DNA of 60,456 bases from Candidatus Peregrinibacteria bacterium (GCA_016178535.1 JACOTD010000078.1:1-60456), one strand, 5' to 3'. Counted from the stretch's first letter, positions 1 to 10,794 are shown. Numbers and translations are program-made. The notes: generated from the letters alone by a model not told the origin.

Positions 1-130
1 CGTTCAGCGGCAAACCGGAAGCCAGTCGGTCGATGACATTTTCAAGCTTCTCCATGTCGAATCCAGATTTTCTGATTCTTTTGTAATCCTTTTTGTACCG
101 TTTCGTGGCTGTGACGTGATAGCGCTTCAT
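1..130 (-). CDS. YafQ/RelE-family type II toxin; only the N-terminal ~43 aa lie in the window
   Basis: The minus-strand ATG at 130..128 reads MKRYHVTATKRYKKDYKRIRKSGFDMEKLENVIDRLASGLPLN... This is a K/R-rich N-terminus of the YafQ/RelE mRNA-interferase type. Its ATG overlaps the stop of the upstream DinJ-like gene (ATGA at 127..130). Confidence 0.6.
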   Translation of the reverse strand, partial: MKRYHVTATKRYKKDYKRIRKSGFDMEKLENVIDRLASGLPLN

Positions 131-396
131 TCCTTGAGTATAGCTTCATGCAATGCTCTTGCAGATGCGTATCGCTTCCCATGCTTTTTGGTCCAGGCGA
201 TGTCCTTGAGGAGTTCTGCTTCCTCCGTCGGCGTCATGCCGTTCTCGGTAAGAATCTGGAACGGGATGCCGTTCTTCTGCACGATTTGCACGAGGTAGAT
301 GTTAATCGCGCTGCTGAGATCCAACCCCAAATTCGCGAGGACCCGCTGGGCCGCCTTCTTCGTTTTCTCGTTGGTGCGGACCTGAATGGTGGTCAT
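127..396 (-). CDS. RelB/DinJ-family antitoxin
   Basis: The ORF 127..453 contains MTTIQVRTNEKTKKAAQRVLANLGLDLSSAINIYLVQIVQKNGIPFQI..., a typical DinJ/RelB ribbon-helix-helix antitoxin. The start is chosen at the ATG at 396 (MTTIQV); upstream in-frame starts at 432/453 are possible. Confidence 0.8.
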   Translation of the reverse strand: MTTIQVRTNEKTKKAAQRVLANLGLDLSSAINIYLVQIVQKNGIPFQILTENGMTPTEEAELLKDIAWTKKHGKRYASARALHEAILKE

Positions 397-449
397 ACGA
401 TCAGTATAGATGCCCGTACGGGTATTGTCCATACAATGTCCATACATTT

Positions 450-2099
450 TCACCGTCGGACGGTGAACATGCTCTTCGGCAATTCATACTGTCCGACGAT
501 CGCGGCATTCCGCTTGTTTCTGCGCAGGAAAATGAGGATGTCATCGTCAACGAAGACAGGAGCCCACTGCGGATCCTGGACGCGCCGGATCATGAAGCCC
601 TGACCCCACTCCGTCAGGTCGCGCCGATAGAAGATGATCGCGTTGAAGCCCTCGCGCGCGTCGACGGTTTTCCAGATATCCTCCTTCTCCTGCATCGGCA
701 CGAGCTCATCGGTGAAGAAGGATGCGGGGTACGCTTCCGGCCGATTATCCACGAACACGCGTTCATCCGGATAGAGCGTGTAAATGAGGTACGCGCCGAT
801 GTCGTAATTGTTGAAGATCGGTCCGCGGAGATCGATTCTGTGCATGAAGTCCGCGGCGGCGAGATTGCCGGGCTTGAGGCCGATGCCGGTGCTCTGCGCT
901 TCCGCTTTCCACTCGTCCGGGCGGAGAGCGTAGAGACCGATGACGCTTCCAAGAATTAAGACGATCGCGATCATGTCCTGTTTCCAAGGCGTCATTGGCC
1001 ATGTGCGGAGCGTTTTCAGATTTCCGGCCGTGATGACGAAGCCGAGAATCCCAAAGAGGGCGAAGTTGCGGAAGGCAAACCAAGCCATTGTTGTGATCGT
1101 GATGCTCAAGAGGAGGAGAGCGATAGGAAAAGGGTCATGCCGTTTGATCAACGAAGGAAGAGCGATGAGCCAACTGACGACGAGCGCACCCAGCGCGACG
1201 AAGTAATACCTCATGAGCGGAAAGTCCCCGTAGTGCATCAGGAACCACACCGATTGATTCTCCGCCAGCTGGTACCCGAAGTTCGTGAAGATGGAGAGGG
1301 GAGCGAGCGCGCCGCGGATGAAGGCCGGATTGATGAGCGAGGCGAAGCCGCAGAGAATCAATGTTGTTCCAAGAATCTTTGCCCTTTTCCATTCTGTTGA
1401 ATGCCCCGAAAATAATTGTATCCCCTGAGGAGCGGGCATACTTGCCCGCGGACCGTTCCCAGGGATATTTTCTCGCAAGGATCGCATCGAATGTTCGATG
1501 AGAAAAAGAAACACCAAGAATCCTCCAAGGAAGAAATAAATGTGCAGATTCACCCACAGCAATTCGAGCAATGGAAGAGTAATCAGAAGTGTGTGATCGC
1601 GGATATCCCCTCGTTGCCATCCAAGCAGCAGCCAAAGAAAAATTGCCGTGAAGAGATAACTCAACGTCTCTGGCCGCACCTCCGGTCGACTGGTGATCAA
1701 GGGAAGAAACAGGGTGAACGCGAGCATGGTCGCTGCCCAGCCACTCTCTCTGCGCGCCGCATCGGCAAGCATGACGATTGTCGCGAGCATCAGGATGATC
1801 CAGAAGACCGAGAGCCCGCCGAAGCCGAACCACTGCTGCACGACATTCAAGATCACGCCGCCCCCCCAGTGGTGGTTGATAGTGGGGAAGTCCGGATACG
1901 TGTACGAATAGAGGTTCGTCTCGTGAACCTGGAAATTCTGGAAGAAGAGCTCGCCGTTCTTCAGATGTCTTCCGGTATCGGAATTGGCGAGATTGATGGG
2001 GTGAGCGAGGAGGAGGGCGCACAGGAAAACGAGCGCAACGCCGCAGAGAGTCACGAGAGCTCCTCGAAGCCGATCAGGAAACGTTGCACAACGATTCAT
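450..2099 (-). CDS. Polytopic integral membrane protein, possibly a GT-C/PMT-like glycosyltransferase; function unassigned
   Basis: 549-aa ORF with an ATG at 2099 and many hydrophobic segments (e.g. LVTLCGVALVFLCALLLA, LSVFWIILMLATIVMLA, LITLPLLELLWVNLHIYFFLGGFLVFLF), followed by a soluble C-terminal domain. No diagnostic motif was recognised. Confidence 0.6.
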   Translation of the reverse strand: MNRCATFPDRLRGALVTLCGVALVFLCALLLAHPINLANSDTGRHLKNGELFFQNFQVHETNLYSYTYPDFPTINHHWGGGVILNVVQQWFGFGGLSVFWIILMLATIVMLADAARRESGWAATMLAFTLFLPLITSRPEVRPETLSYLFTAIFLWLLLGWQRGDIRDHTLLITLPLLELLWVNLHIYFFLGGFLVFLFLIEHSMRSLRENIPGNGPRASMPAPQGIQLFSGHSTEWKRAKILGTTLILCGFASLINPAFIRGALAPLSIFTNFGYQLAENQSVWFLMHYGDFPLMRYYFVALGALVVSWLIALPSLIKRHDPFPIALLLLSITITTMAWFAFRNFALFGILGFVITAGNLKTLRTWPMTPWKQDMIAIVLILGSVIGLYALRPDEWKAEAQSTGIGLKPGNLAAADFMHRIDLRGPIFNNYDIGAYLIYTLYPDERVFVDNRPEAYPASFFTDELVPMQEKEDIWKTVDAREGFNAIIFYRRDLTEWGQGFMIRRVQDPQWAPVFVDDDILIFLRRNKRNAAIVGQYELPKSMFTVRR

Positions 2100-2202
2100 G
2101 TCGTGCGTGTCATCCTAGCAGATACCCTTTTTCTCACGGCGAACATTCGGTAGGCTTGAACCCCGAACCCTCGATTCTTTCGTTCATCCCCTCTGATTCG
2201 CC

Positions 2203-4863
<2,661 letters not shown>

Positions 4864-4868
4864 GGAAA

Positions 4869-5010
4869 TGGTTTGTTTGCTGTTTCTGTTTCCTCTCCCC
4901 CCGACCCCCTCTCCGATGGAGAGGGGGCGAAATGTTCCATTGTGCGAATTCTCCCCTCCTCCCTCGGAGGAGGGGCAGGGGGTGGAGGAAAACAACAAAC
5001 AACCCCAACA
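4869..5010. repeat. G/C-hairpin MITE-like element, family A, copy A1 (3' of gyrA)
   Basis: The termini gtttgtttgctgtttctgttt ... aaaacaacaaacaacc are inverted. Two perfect 10-bp hairpins are present: ccccctctcc-gat-ggagaggggg (4905-4927) and cccctcctcc-ctc-ggaggagggg (4953-4975), followed by gggggtggagg. It is homologous to 20813-20965 and related to 16606-16885 and 56076-56120. Confidence 0.8.
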
Positions 5011-5053
5011 CACCTCTTGTGCTCTCTGTCCATTTCTGTAGACTCTGCGAGCC

Positions 5054-5266
5054 ATGAAACCCGCCATTCACCCCACGATGCATGAGAAAGCGAAGACGAC
5101 CTGTGTCTCCTGTGGCGCCGTGTACCTCATCCCGAGCACGGTCAAAGCACAGACGGTCGAGGTGTGCCGTGCGTGCCATCCGATCTACACGGGCAAGGCG
5201 CAGAAAGATCTGAAGGGCGGCCGCGTCGACCGCTTCCGCAAGCGCATGGCGAAGGGGAAGAAGTGA
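5054..5266 (+). CDS. rpmE: 50S ribosomal protein L31
   Basis: 70 aa: MKPAIHPTMHEKAKTTCVSCGAVYLIPSTVKAQTVEVCRACHPIYTGKAQK..GRVDRFRKR. The CxxC...CxxH zinc motif and the L31 signature are present. Confidence 0.95.
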   Translation: MKPAIHPTMHEKAKTTCVSCGAVYLIPSTVKAQTVEVCRACHPIYTGKAQKDLKGGRVDRFRKRMAKGKK

Positions 5267-5343
5267 TCAAGCGTGGTCATGGCGTTCGTTCGTTGACCAC
5301 TCTTTTGTCAAAGGTGTATAATCAGTGTTACATCTTCTCATAC

Positions 5344-5535
5344 ATGCCGCAGTTCTCCCTTCGCAGGCTCGAAAAAGATCTTGCCGCGGCGCCGCGAGAA
5401 CAGCAGCGCGTTTTTTTGGCACATCTGCCGCAAATTCTGGATCTTGCGCCGTCCGATGTTGTTCTCCTCAAAGCTTCCGAGCCGTCGTTCGAATTCTGGA
5501 ATAATTCCGATGATGCGATCTATGACTCCCTTTGA
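5344..5535 (+). CDS. Putative antitoxin partnering the downstream MazF/PemK toxin
   Basis: 63 aa from the ATG at 5344 (MPQFSLRRLEKDL...SFEFWNNSDDAIYDSL). It overlaps the start of the MazF-like gene by 14 nt. An acidic ...W.N..DA.YD tail is common in small antitoxins. The family is not identified. Confidence 0.5.
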   Translation: MPQFSLRRLEKDLAAAPREQQRVFLAHLPQILDLAPSDVVLLKASEPSFEFWNNSDDAIYDSL

Positions 5536-5866
5536 ACCGGGAGATATCGTGCTCGTGCTCTTCCCCTTCACGGATTTTTCGACAGCCAAGCAGCGTCCGT
5601 GCGTTGTGCTTTCTTCCTCCCGATTCAACCGTTCCCATCGTGACGTGATCCTTGCGGCCATCACATCCAACGTCCACGATCGCCCCGATGAGAACGAGTA
5701 CCTCTTGACTGATCGCGAGCAGCAGATGTGCGGCCTTCCCAAAGTTTCCATGATCAAGGCCGCGAAGATCGTGACGGTTGATCAACGCTTGGTTCGTGTG
5801 AGGCTTGGCCGTCTCCCCGCTGCGTCTCTCCAGCGTATCCGTTCTCTGGTGCATCGCATCATTTGA
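5522..5866 (+). CDS. mazF: MazF/PemK-family type II toxin (mRNA interferase)
   Basis: MTPFEPGDIVLVLFPFTDFSTAKQRPCVVLSS...DVILAAITSNV...MIKAAKIVTVDQRLV. This is the canonical PemK/MazF SH3-like core (GD-V-F-...-KxRP-V-S). Confidence 0.85.
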   Translation: MTPFEPGDIVLVLFPFTDFSTAKQRPCVVLSSSRFNRSHRDVILAAITSNVHDRPDENEYLLTDREQQMCGLPKVSMIKAAKIVTVDQRLVRVRLGRLPAASLQRIRSLVHRII

Positions 5867-5878
5867 GACGAGAAAGCC

Positions 5879-5923
5879 CGCCGCGTGGATCGTTTCCGCA
5901 TGGCGAAGGGGAAGAAGGAGTGA
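5879..5923 (+). repeat. Relic second copy of the rpmE 3' end
   Basis: gcccgccgcgtggatcgtttccgcatggcgaaggggaagaaggagtga matches rpmE 5219-5266 (ggccgcgtcgaccgcttccgcaagcgcatggcgaaggggaagaagtga), apart from a 6-nt gap and a few substitutions. It would translate as ARRVDRFRMAKGKKE*. Confidence 0.75.
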
Positions 5924-5924
5924 T

Positions 5925-6137
5925 ATGAGCGCACAAGAATTTTCATGGTGGGGAGAACCTCTGACATTGAAGCCCGGCGATCGGATTCGTCGCACGGAAG
6001 TTCTCATCGGCGATCCCGGTGGCATGGACGGCATCTGTGGAACAGTTTTGAGATTCTCGCTGAAAAAGATCCTGATGGAGTGGGTTGTTTCGTACAAGAT
6101 GTATTGGGGAAGGCATCCATTCCGATGCGCTACCTGA
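5925..6137 (+). CDS. Hypothetical small protein (weak call)
   Basis: The ATG at 5925 lies directly after the relic rpmE stop (TGATATG) and gives 70 aa: MSAQEFSWWGEPLTLKPGDRIRRTEVLIGDPGGMDGICGTVLRF... No family was recognised and the composition is atypical. Confidence 0.25.
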   Translation: MSAQEFSWWGEPLTLKPGDRIRRTEVLIGDPGGMDGICGTVLRFSLKKILMEWVVSYKMYWGRHPFRCAT

Positions 6138-6208
6138 CTCGAATACTTTTTGAGAAGGTCTAAGAGCGTGCTCAAGATCTCTTGAATGGAGCAAATGAAA
6201 GCAATTTT

Positions 6209-6275
6209 GTCATCCTGAGCCGTGTCGAAGGAGAAAAAATGGCGGTTGTCATGGTTCGACACGGCTCACCAAGAC
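6209..6275. repeat. REP-like element, family B, inverted half-site pair (upstream of hrcA)
   Basis: gtcatcctgagccgtgtcgaagga (6209-6232) and ggttcgacacggctcaccaagac (6253-6275) are inverted copies of the TCGAC-N4-GCTCAG core that recurs across the window. Confidence 0.7.
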
Positions 6276-6379
6276 AACCTTCCTTTTTATTGTTCTACAA
6301 ATATGAAGATCTTGAACAGGCTCTAATGAGGGTCAGAGTTTGGTATCACTCCCCCGTCAAGACTGCTATACTCTCTTGC

Positions 6380-7096
6380 ATGAATTCCCGCCAAGCGAAG
6401 CTCCTCGCGGCGATCATCGACCAGTTCATCGAGACGGCCACGCCCATCGGTTCCAAGCATCTGCTCGAGGCAGGCGGCGAGCTCTTCTGCCTCTCGGGCG
6501 CGACGATCCGGAACGAGATGCGGGTGCTCGGCGACGAGGGCTATCTCGAACAGCCGCACATCTCCGCCGGCAGAGTCCCCACGGCCAAGGGGTACCGCGT
6601 GTACGTGAAGGAATTCATGGAGCCTTCGGTGCACGAGCGGCGAGTTCGACAGAAGTTCGCGACCCTCAAGGAACAGTATTTCCAACGGAAGGATCAGGAG
6701 CGGGCGTACGAAGCCGTCGCGCTTCTCTCGCAGATGATTCCGAACGTCGCTTTCGCGACGGTGCCGCACAAGCCGCGCGTTTCCTACCTGGGCCTCGCCA
6801 ATGCTCTGCGTCAGCCGGAATTCCTGATGAATCCGCGTCTGGCCACAACGGTCGTCGAGGTGCTCGAAGAACGTCTCTCGAATGTCCTCGCACACCTCGA
6901 AGTCGACGAGCGAGTGCGGTACTACATCGGCGACGAGCACGTGCTCCCGCAGATCCAGAGCTGCAGCCTCATCGTGCAGGAGTACCGCGTGCGCGGGAAC
7001 GGGGGCGTGATCGGCATCCTCGGCCCCATGCGGATGGACTACGGCTACAATACCGTCGCGCTGGAGCTGGTGAGGGAGTTGCTTGAGGCGAATTGA
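6380..7096 (+). CDS. hrcA: Heat-inducible transcription repressor HrcA
   Basis: From the ATG at 6380: MNSRQAKLLAAIIDQFIETATPIGSKHLLE...SGATIRNEMRVLGDEGYLEQPHISAGRVPTAKGYRVYV. This is the winged-helix HrcA N-terminus. The protein is short (238 aa) relative to classical HrcA. Confidence 0.85.
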   Translation: MNSRQAKLLAAIIDQFIETATPIGSKHLLEAGGELFCLSGATIRNEMRVLGDEGYLEQPHISAGRVPTAKGYRVYVKEFMEPSVHERRVRQKFATLKEQYFQRKDQERAYEAVALLSQMIPNVAFATVPHKPRVSYLGLANALRQPEFLMNPRLATTVVEVLEERLSNVLAHLEVDERVRYYIGDEHVLPQIQSCSLIVQEYRVRGNGGVIGILGPMRMDYGYNTVALELVRELLEAN

Positions 7097-7262
7097 AAAT
7101 GGAAAATGGATAATTGACCCCTCGACACGGCTCAGGATCACTCGCAGATTATTTGCATCACGAACATGTGTCACACTGAGCGAGGTCGAAGTGTGACAAT
7201 TATGGCAGGAATTCTCGTATCTGTATCGCTTCCAACATTATCCATTTTCAATTTTCATACTA
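7097..7262. repeat. Composite REP-like element, family B, copy B2
   Basis: Order of parts: aaatggaaaatggataattgac, then cccctcgacacggctcaggatcac (7118-7141), a 28-nt spacer, then gtcacactgagcgaggtcgaagtgtgac (7170-7197), aattatggcagg, and finally ccattttcaattttca words. The architecture matches 13396-13552 and, inverted, 15809-15985. Confidence 0.75.
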
Positions 7263-7267
7263 GTCGT

Positions 7268-9988
7268 ATGAACCAAACTCCGAAGCACGTGCTCTTGAGA
7301 ATCCGGCCGTCCCTTCCCGATCCCGACGAAGTGAGCGCGGCGCGCGGGCCGATCATGATGGAGGCGGTGATTGCGGCGATCCATTCGCTCAAGAAAACGC
7401 ACGGACAGATGAGCCTCGAAATCGGCAACAGCGAGGGGAAAATCGTGCTCTTCGCGCGGGCAGACGCCCAGGCGGCTCCGCTCGTCGAGAGCCAGCTCTA
7501 CGCGCAGTATCCGGATGCCGAGATTGATCGGGAGCCGAAGGATCTCTTCGCGACGAAGAGGGGAGAGAACGTTTGGTCATGCGATCTCGTCCTCACCGAT
7601 GCGGAAATCTTCCCCATCAAGCGCTATCCGCAGTTCACCGATCTCGCCACACGCCAGGCCATCGACACGATCGCGGGCATCACCTCGACGCTCGTGCGCT
7701 ACCCCAAGCACGGCATGCGCGGGCATATCCAAATCATCTTTCGTCCGATTGGTCACCGCTACCGCCGCGCGGCGTTGCGGTTCCTGCCGCTCCTCACGCG
7801 CGGGCTCTCGCGGCATTCGCAAGGCTACGCACGCTTCTTCGCCAAGATGCACCTGGCGCGCGGATGGAAGAAGCTCCTCTTCCTCGGACCCGATATCGCG
7901 ATGGGAGGGTTCCGCGCGTGGTTCCTGCGTCCTCCCAAGGTGCAGACGTCCCTCCTCACCGGCGACGAGGTCTCCGATACCACTCCCGATGAAGAAGCCG
8001 AGCGCGGCGCCATGCGCAACCACGATCGGGAAGATCCCGTGACCGCGGCCGTCGACAAGATGAATCACTTGCTCTTCCTCTGCAACATCCGCGTGAGCGT
8101 GATCGCGGATGCGGAGGATGAACAGGAAGCACGGGCGAAAGTGGAGGAGATTGCCAGCAGCTTCCGACAGTTCACGTTGCCGCAGTGCAACGGTTTCCGC
8201 CACAAGGCGATCCGAAGTCATGCGCAGATTCCATCGGGTTTCGTCGAATCCCCGTACGTGCTCTCCGCCGAGGAGCTCGCGACGATTTGGCACGTGCCTA
8301 ATATCCTCGTCAAAACCCCCAACATCGATTGGGTCCTCAGCAAGCAGCTGGAGCCGCCTGTGGATTTGCCCATTTCCTCCACCCCCGACCCCTCCTCCAA
8401 AGGAGGAGGGGGGAATGATCCAGACCTCACCATTCTCGGGCAGGCCGTGTTCCGCGGGCATCATGAGACGTTCGGGATCCGTCCAGATGATCGTCGGCGT
8501 CACATCTACATCATCGGGAAGACGGGCATGGGCAAGTCGACGCTCCTGGAGAATATGATCTTCAGCGACATCCACGCGGGGAAGGGCGTCGCCGTCGTCG
8601 ATCCGCACGGCGATTTGGTCGAAGCCGTTCTGCGCTTCATTCCCGCCAAGCGAAGCAATGACGTCATTCTCTTTGATCCGGCAGACAAGGAATTCCCCGT
8701 CTCGTTCAACATGCTCCAGTGCGAGAACGCCGAGGAGCGCGTCCTCGTCGTCTCCGGTCTTATGAGTGTGTTCAAGAAGCTCTGGCCCGAAGCCTTCTCC
8801 GGGCGCATGGAGTACATTTTGAGGAATACGCTCTTGGCCCTCACCGAAGCGGAGAATCAATCGATGCTCGGCATCATGCGTATGTTCTCCGATGCATCGT
8901 TCCGCGCGAAGATCCTCGAGCGCGTTTCGAACCACATGGTCAAGAGCTTCTGGCAGGACGAGTTCACCACGTGGTCGGAGAAGTACCAGACAGAAGCGCT
9001 CGCGGCCATCCAGAACAAGATCGGGCAGCTCCTCTCCGCGCCGCTCATTCGAAACATCGTCGGGCAAGTGGTCTCCAAGCTCGACATCCGTCACGCGATG
9101 GACACGGGGAAGATCATCCTGATGAATCTGAGCAAGGGAAAACTCGGCGAAGACAATTCGGCGTTCCTCGGTTCCATGTTCGTCACCAAGTTCCAGCTCG
9201 ATGCCATGAGCCGCGCCGATGTCCCCGAGAACGACCGTCGAGACTTCTACCTCTACGTCGACGAGTTCCAGAACTTCGCAACGGAATCGTTCGCGACGAT
9301 TCTGAGTGAGGCGCGCAAGTACCGTCTCAACCTCACGATGGCGCACCAGTACGTGGGGCAGTTGCTCCTCCAGAATGGGAACACTGCACTGCGGGACGCC
9401 GTCTTCGGCAATGTTGGCAGCATCGTCTGTTTCCAAGTCGGTTCCGATGATGCCGAGCCTCTCTCCGAGCAGTTCGAGGAGATGGTTCTGCCCAAAGACA
9501 TTCTGAGCCTTCCAAAATATCATGCCTACATGCGACTCATGATCAAAGGCATCCCGAGCAAGCCGTTCTCCGTCCGCACCCTTCCCCCGCCCGATTTCCG
9601 GCAGGATGAAGGACGGATGGAGAAGATCAAAAACCTTTCCCGCGAGCGGTACGCGGAAGAGCGCGTGATCGTCGAGGACAAGATCGGCAAGTGGGTCGCG
9701 AGCGCCCGCGCCGCGCATAAGAGCGCCAAGTCTTTCGAGAAATCCAAAGAGAAGGAGGAGGAAGAGAAGAAGAGAGCGAAGGCCAAGGGTCTGCCGCTCG
9801 AGGACTATCGAAAATGGCGCGACCGCGAGATGTGGACGAACGACTACAACATGCTCCGCAAGAAGAAGTTCAAAGGCGAAGCACTCACGAAAGATGATGA
9901 CGAGAAGATGAAGGATTTGGAGAAGAAGCTCGAAGCGAGCGGGGGAGTGCCTCCGCCGAGTAAGACGATGACTGCCAGTAAAAAGTGA
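7268..9988 (+). CDS. TraD/VirD4-like (type IV coupling protein family) P-loop ATPase with a ~400-aa uncharacterised N-terminal domain and a K/E-rich tail
   Basis: Walker A is IYIIGKTGMGKSTLLENM. Walker B/coupling-protein region is DFYLYVDEFQNFATESFATILSEARKYRLNLTMAHQYVGQL. No TM segment is obvious. The start is chosen at the ATG at 7268 (MNQTPKHVLLRIRP), downstream of the repeat. Confidence 0.75.
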   Translation: MNQTPKHVLLRIRPSLPDPDEVSAARGPIMMEAVIAAIHSLKKTHGQMSLEIGNSEGKIVLFARADAQAAPLVESQLYAQYPDAEIDREPKDLFATKRGENVWSCDLVLTDAEIFPIKRYPQFTDLATRQAIDTIAGITSTLVRYPKHGMRGHIQIIFRPIGHRYRRAALRFLPLLTRGLSRHSQGYARFFAKMHLARGWKKLLFLGPDIAMGGFRAWFLRPPKVQTSLLTGDEVSDTTPDEEAERGAMRNHDREDPVTAAVDKMNHLLFLCNIRVSVIADAEDEQEARAKVEEIASSFRQFTLPQCNGFRHKAIRSHAQIPSGFVESPYVLSAEELATIWHVPNILVKTPNIDWVLSKQLEPPVDLPISSTPDPSSKGGGGNDPDLTILGQAVFRGHHETFGIRPDDRRRHIYIIGKTGMGKSTLLENMIFSDIHAGKGVAVVDPHGDLVEAVLRFIPAKRSNDVILFDPADKEFPVSFNMLQCENAEERVLVVSGLMSVFKKLWPEAFSGRMEYILRNTLLALTEAENQSMLGIMRMFSDASFRAKILERVSNHMVKSFWQDEFTTWSEKYQTEALAAIQNKIGQLLSAPLIRNIVGQVVSKLDIRHAMDTGKIILMNLSKGKLGEDNSAFLGSMFVTKFQLDAMSRADVPENDRRDFYLYVDEFQNFATESFATILSEARKYRLNLTMAHQYVGQLLLQNGNTALRDAVFGNVGSIVCFQVGSDDAEPLSEQFEEMVLPKDILSLPKYHAYMRLMIKGIPSKPFSVRTLPPPDFRQDEGRMEKIKNLSRERYAEERVIVEDKIGKWVASARAAHKSAKSFEKSKEKEEEEKKRAKAKGLPLEDYRKWRDREMWTNDYNMLRKKKFKGEALTKDDDEKMKDLEKKLEASGGVPPPSKTMTASKK

Positions 9989-10113
9989 ATCCATTGTTCG
10001 CTCGTTCGCTCGCCTGTCCTGAGCGACGCCGAAGGGTTCCTCATTTTTTTCATCAGGTCGAGCTAGCAAGCTAACCAGCTAACTTTTTCTGAAGGGGATG
10101 CTATTCTCGATCC

Positions 10114-10794
10114 GTGCGGCGCTTCATCATTCCCTTGCTCGGATGCAGTCTCTTGCTTTCCTGTAGCCATTCGTCACTCAAATCATCCTTTTCTCCGAGT
10201 TCCATGGAACCGATTACGTACATGCCCATCGGCGATTCGTACACGATCGGGACGGGAGTGACGCCGGAAGAATCGTGGCCGGTGTTGCTCACGGAGGATC
10301 TCCGCAAACAAGGAATCCCGATTGCCCTTGGGTACAACCCCGCGGTCAACGGATGGACGGTGGGCGCCGCGATCGAGGGGGAACTGCCGTACATGGAACT
10401 CGAGCATCCGACATTTTCGACGCTCCTCATCGGCGCCAACGATGTCTACCGTGGCATCGGAACATCGCTTTTCCGCAATCGTCTACGCAGATTGATGGAT
10501 GACATGCTCAAAGTGCTTCAGAACAAGAATCGTCTTTTGGTCATCACAATCCCGAATTTCGCCGTCGCGCCGTCCATTGCCAATCCCGATTTCATCCCGA
10601 AGATCGAAGAGTACAACGGCATCATCCGCGATGAAGCGATCAAGAGGGGACTGACAGTTCTGGATCTCTTCGGGCCCACCACGGCCTTCGCGCCGGAGGA
10701 TTATGCGGAAGATGGTCTGCATTTTTCGCCGATTGGGCACAGGAAGCTGGAGACGATCATAGGACCGGTGGCGAAAGAATTAGTGGCCAAATGA
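10114..10794 (+). CDS. SGNH/GDSL-family hydrolase lipoprotein
   Basis: GTG start. The signal peptide has a lipobox (MRRFIIPLLGCSLLLSC). Block I is YMPIGDSYTIGTG, block III is GANDV, and block V is DGLHFSPIGH. Confidence 0.85.
   Translation: MRRFIIPLLGCSLLLSCSHSSLKSSFSPSSMEPITYMPIGDSYTIGTGVTPEESWPVLLTEDLRKQGIPIALGYNPAVNGWTVGAAIEGELPYMELEHPTFSTLLIGANDVYRGIGTSLFRNRLRRLMDDMLKVLQNKNRLLVITIPNFAVAPSIANPDFIPKIEEYNGIIRDEAIKRGLTVLDLFGPTTAFAPEDYAEDGLHFSPIGHRKLETIIGPVAKELVAK

Noticed and set aside
6138-6379. A CIRCE operator (TTAGCACTC-N9-GAGTGCTAA) near hrcA.
   Set aside because: No match to the inverted repeat was seen upstream of hrcA or elsewhere in the window. The palindrome present there is the family B REP pair.
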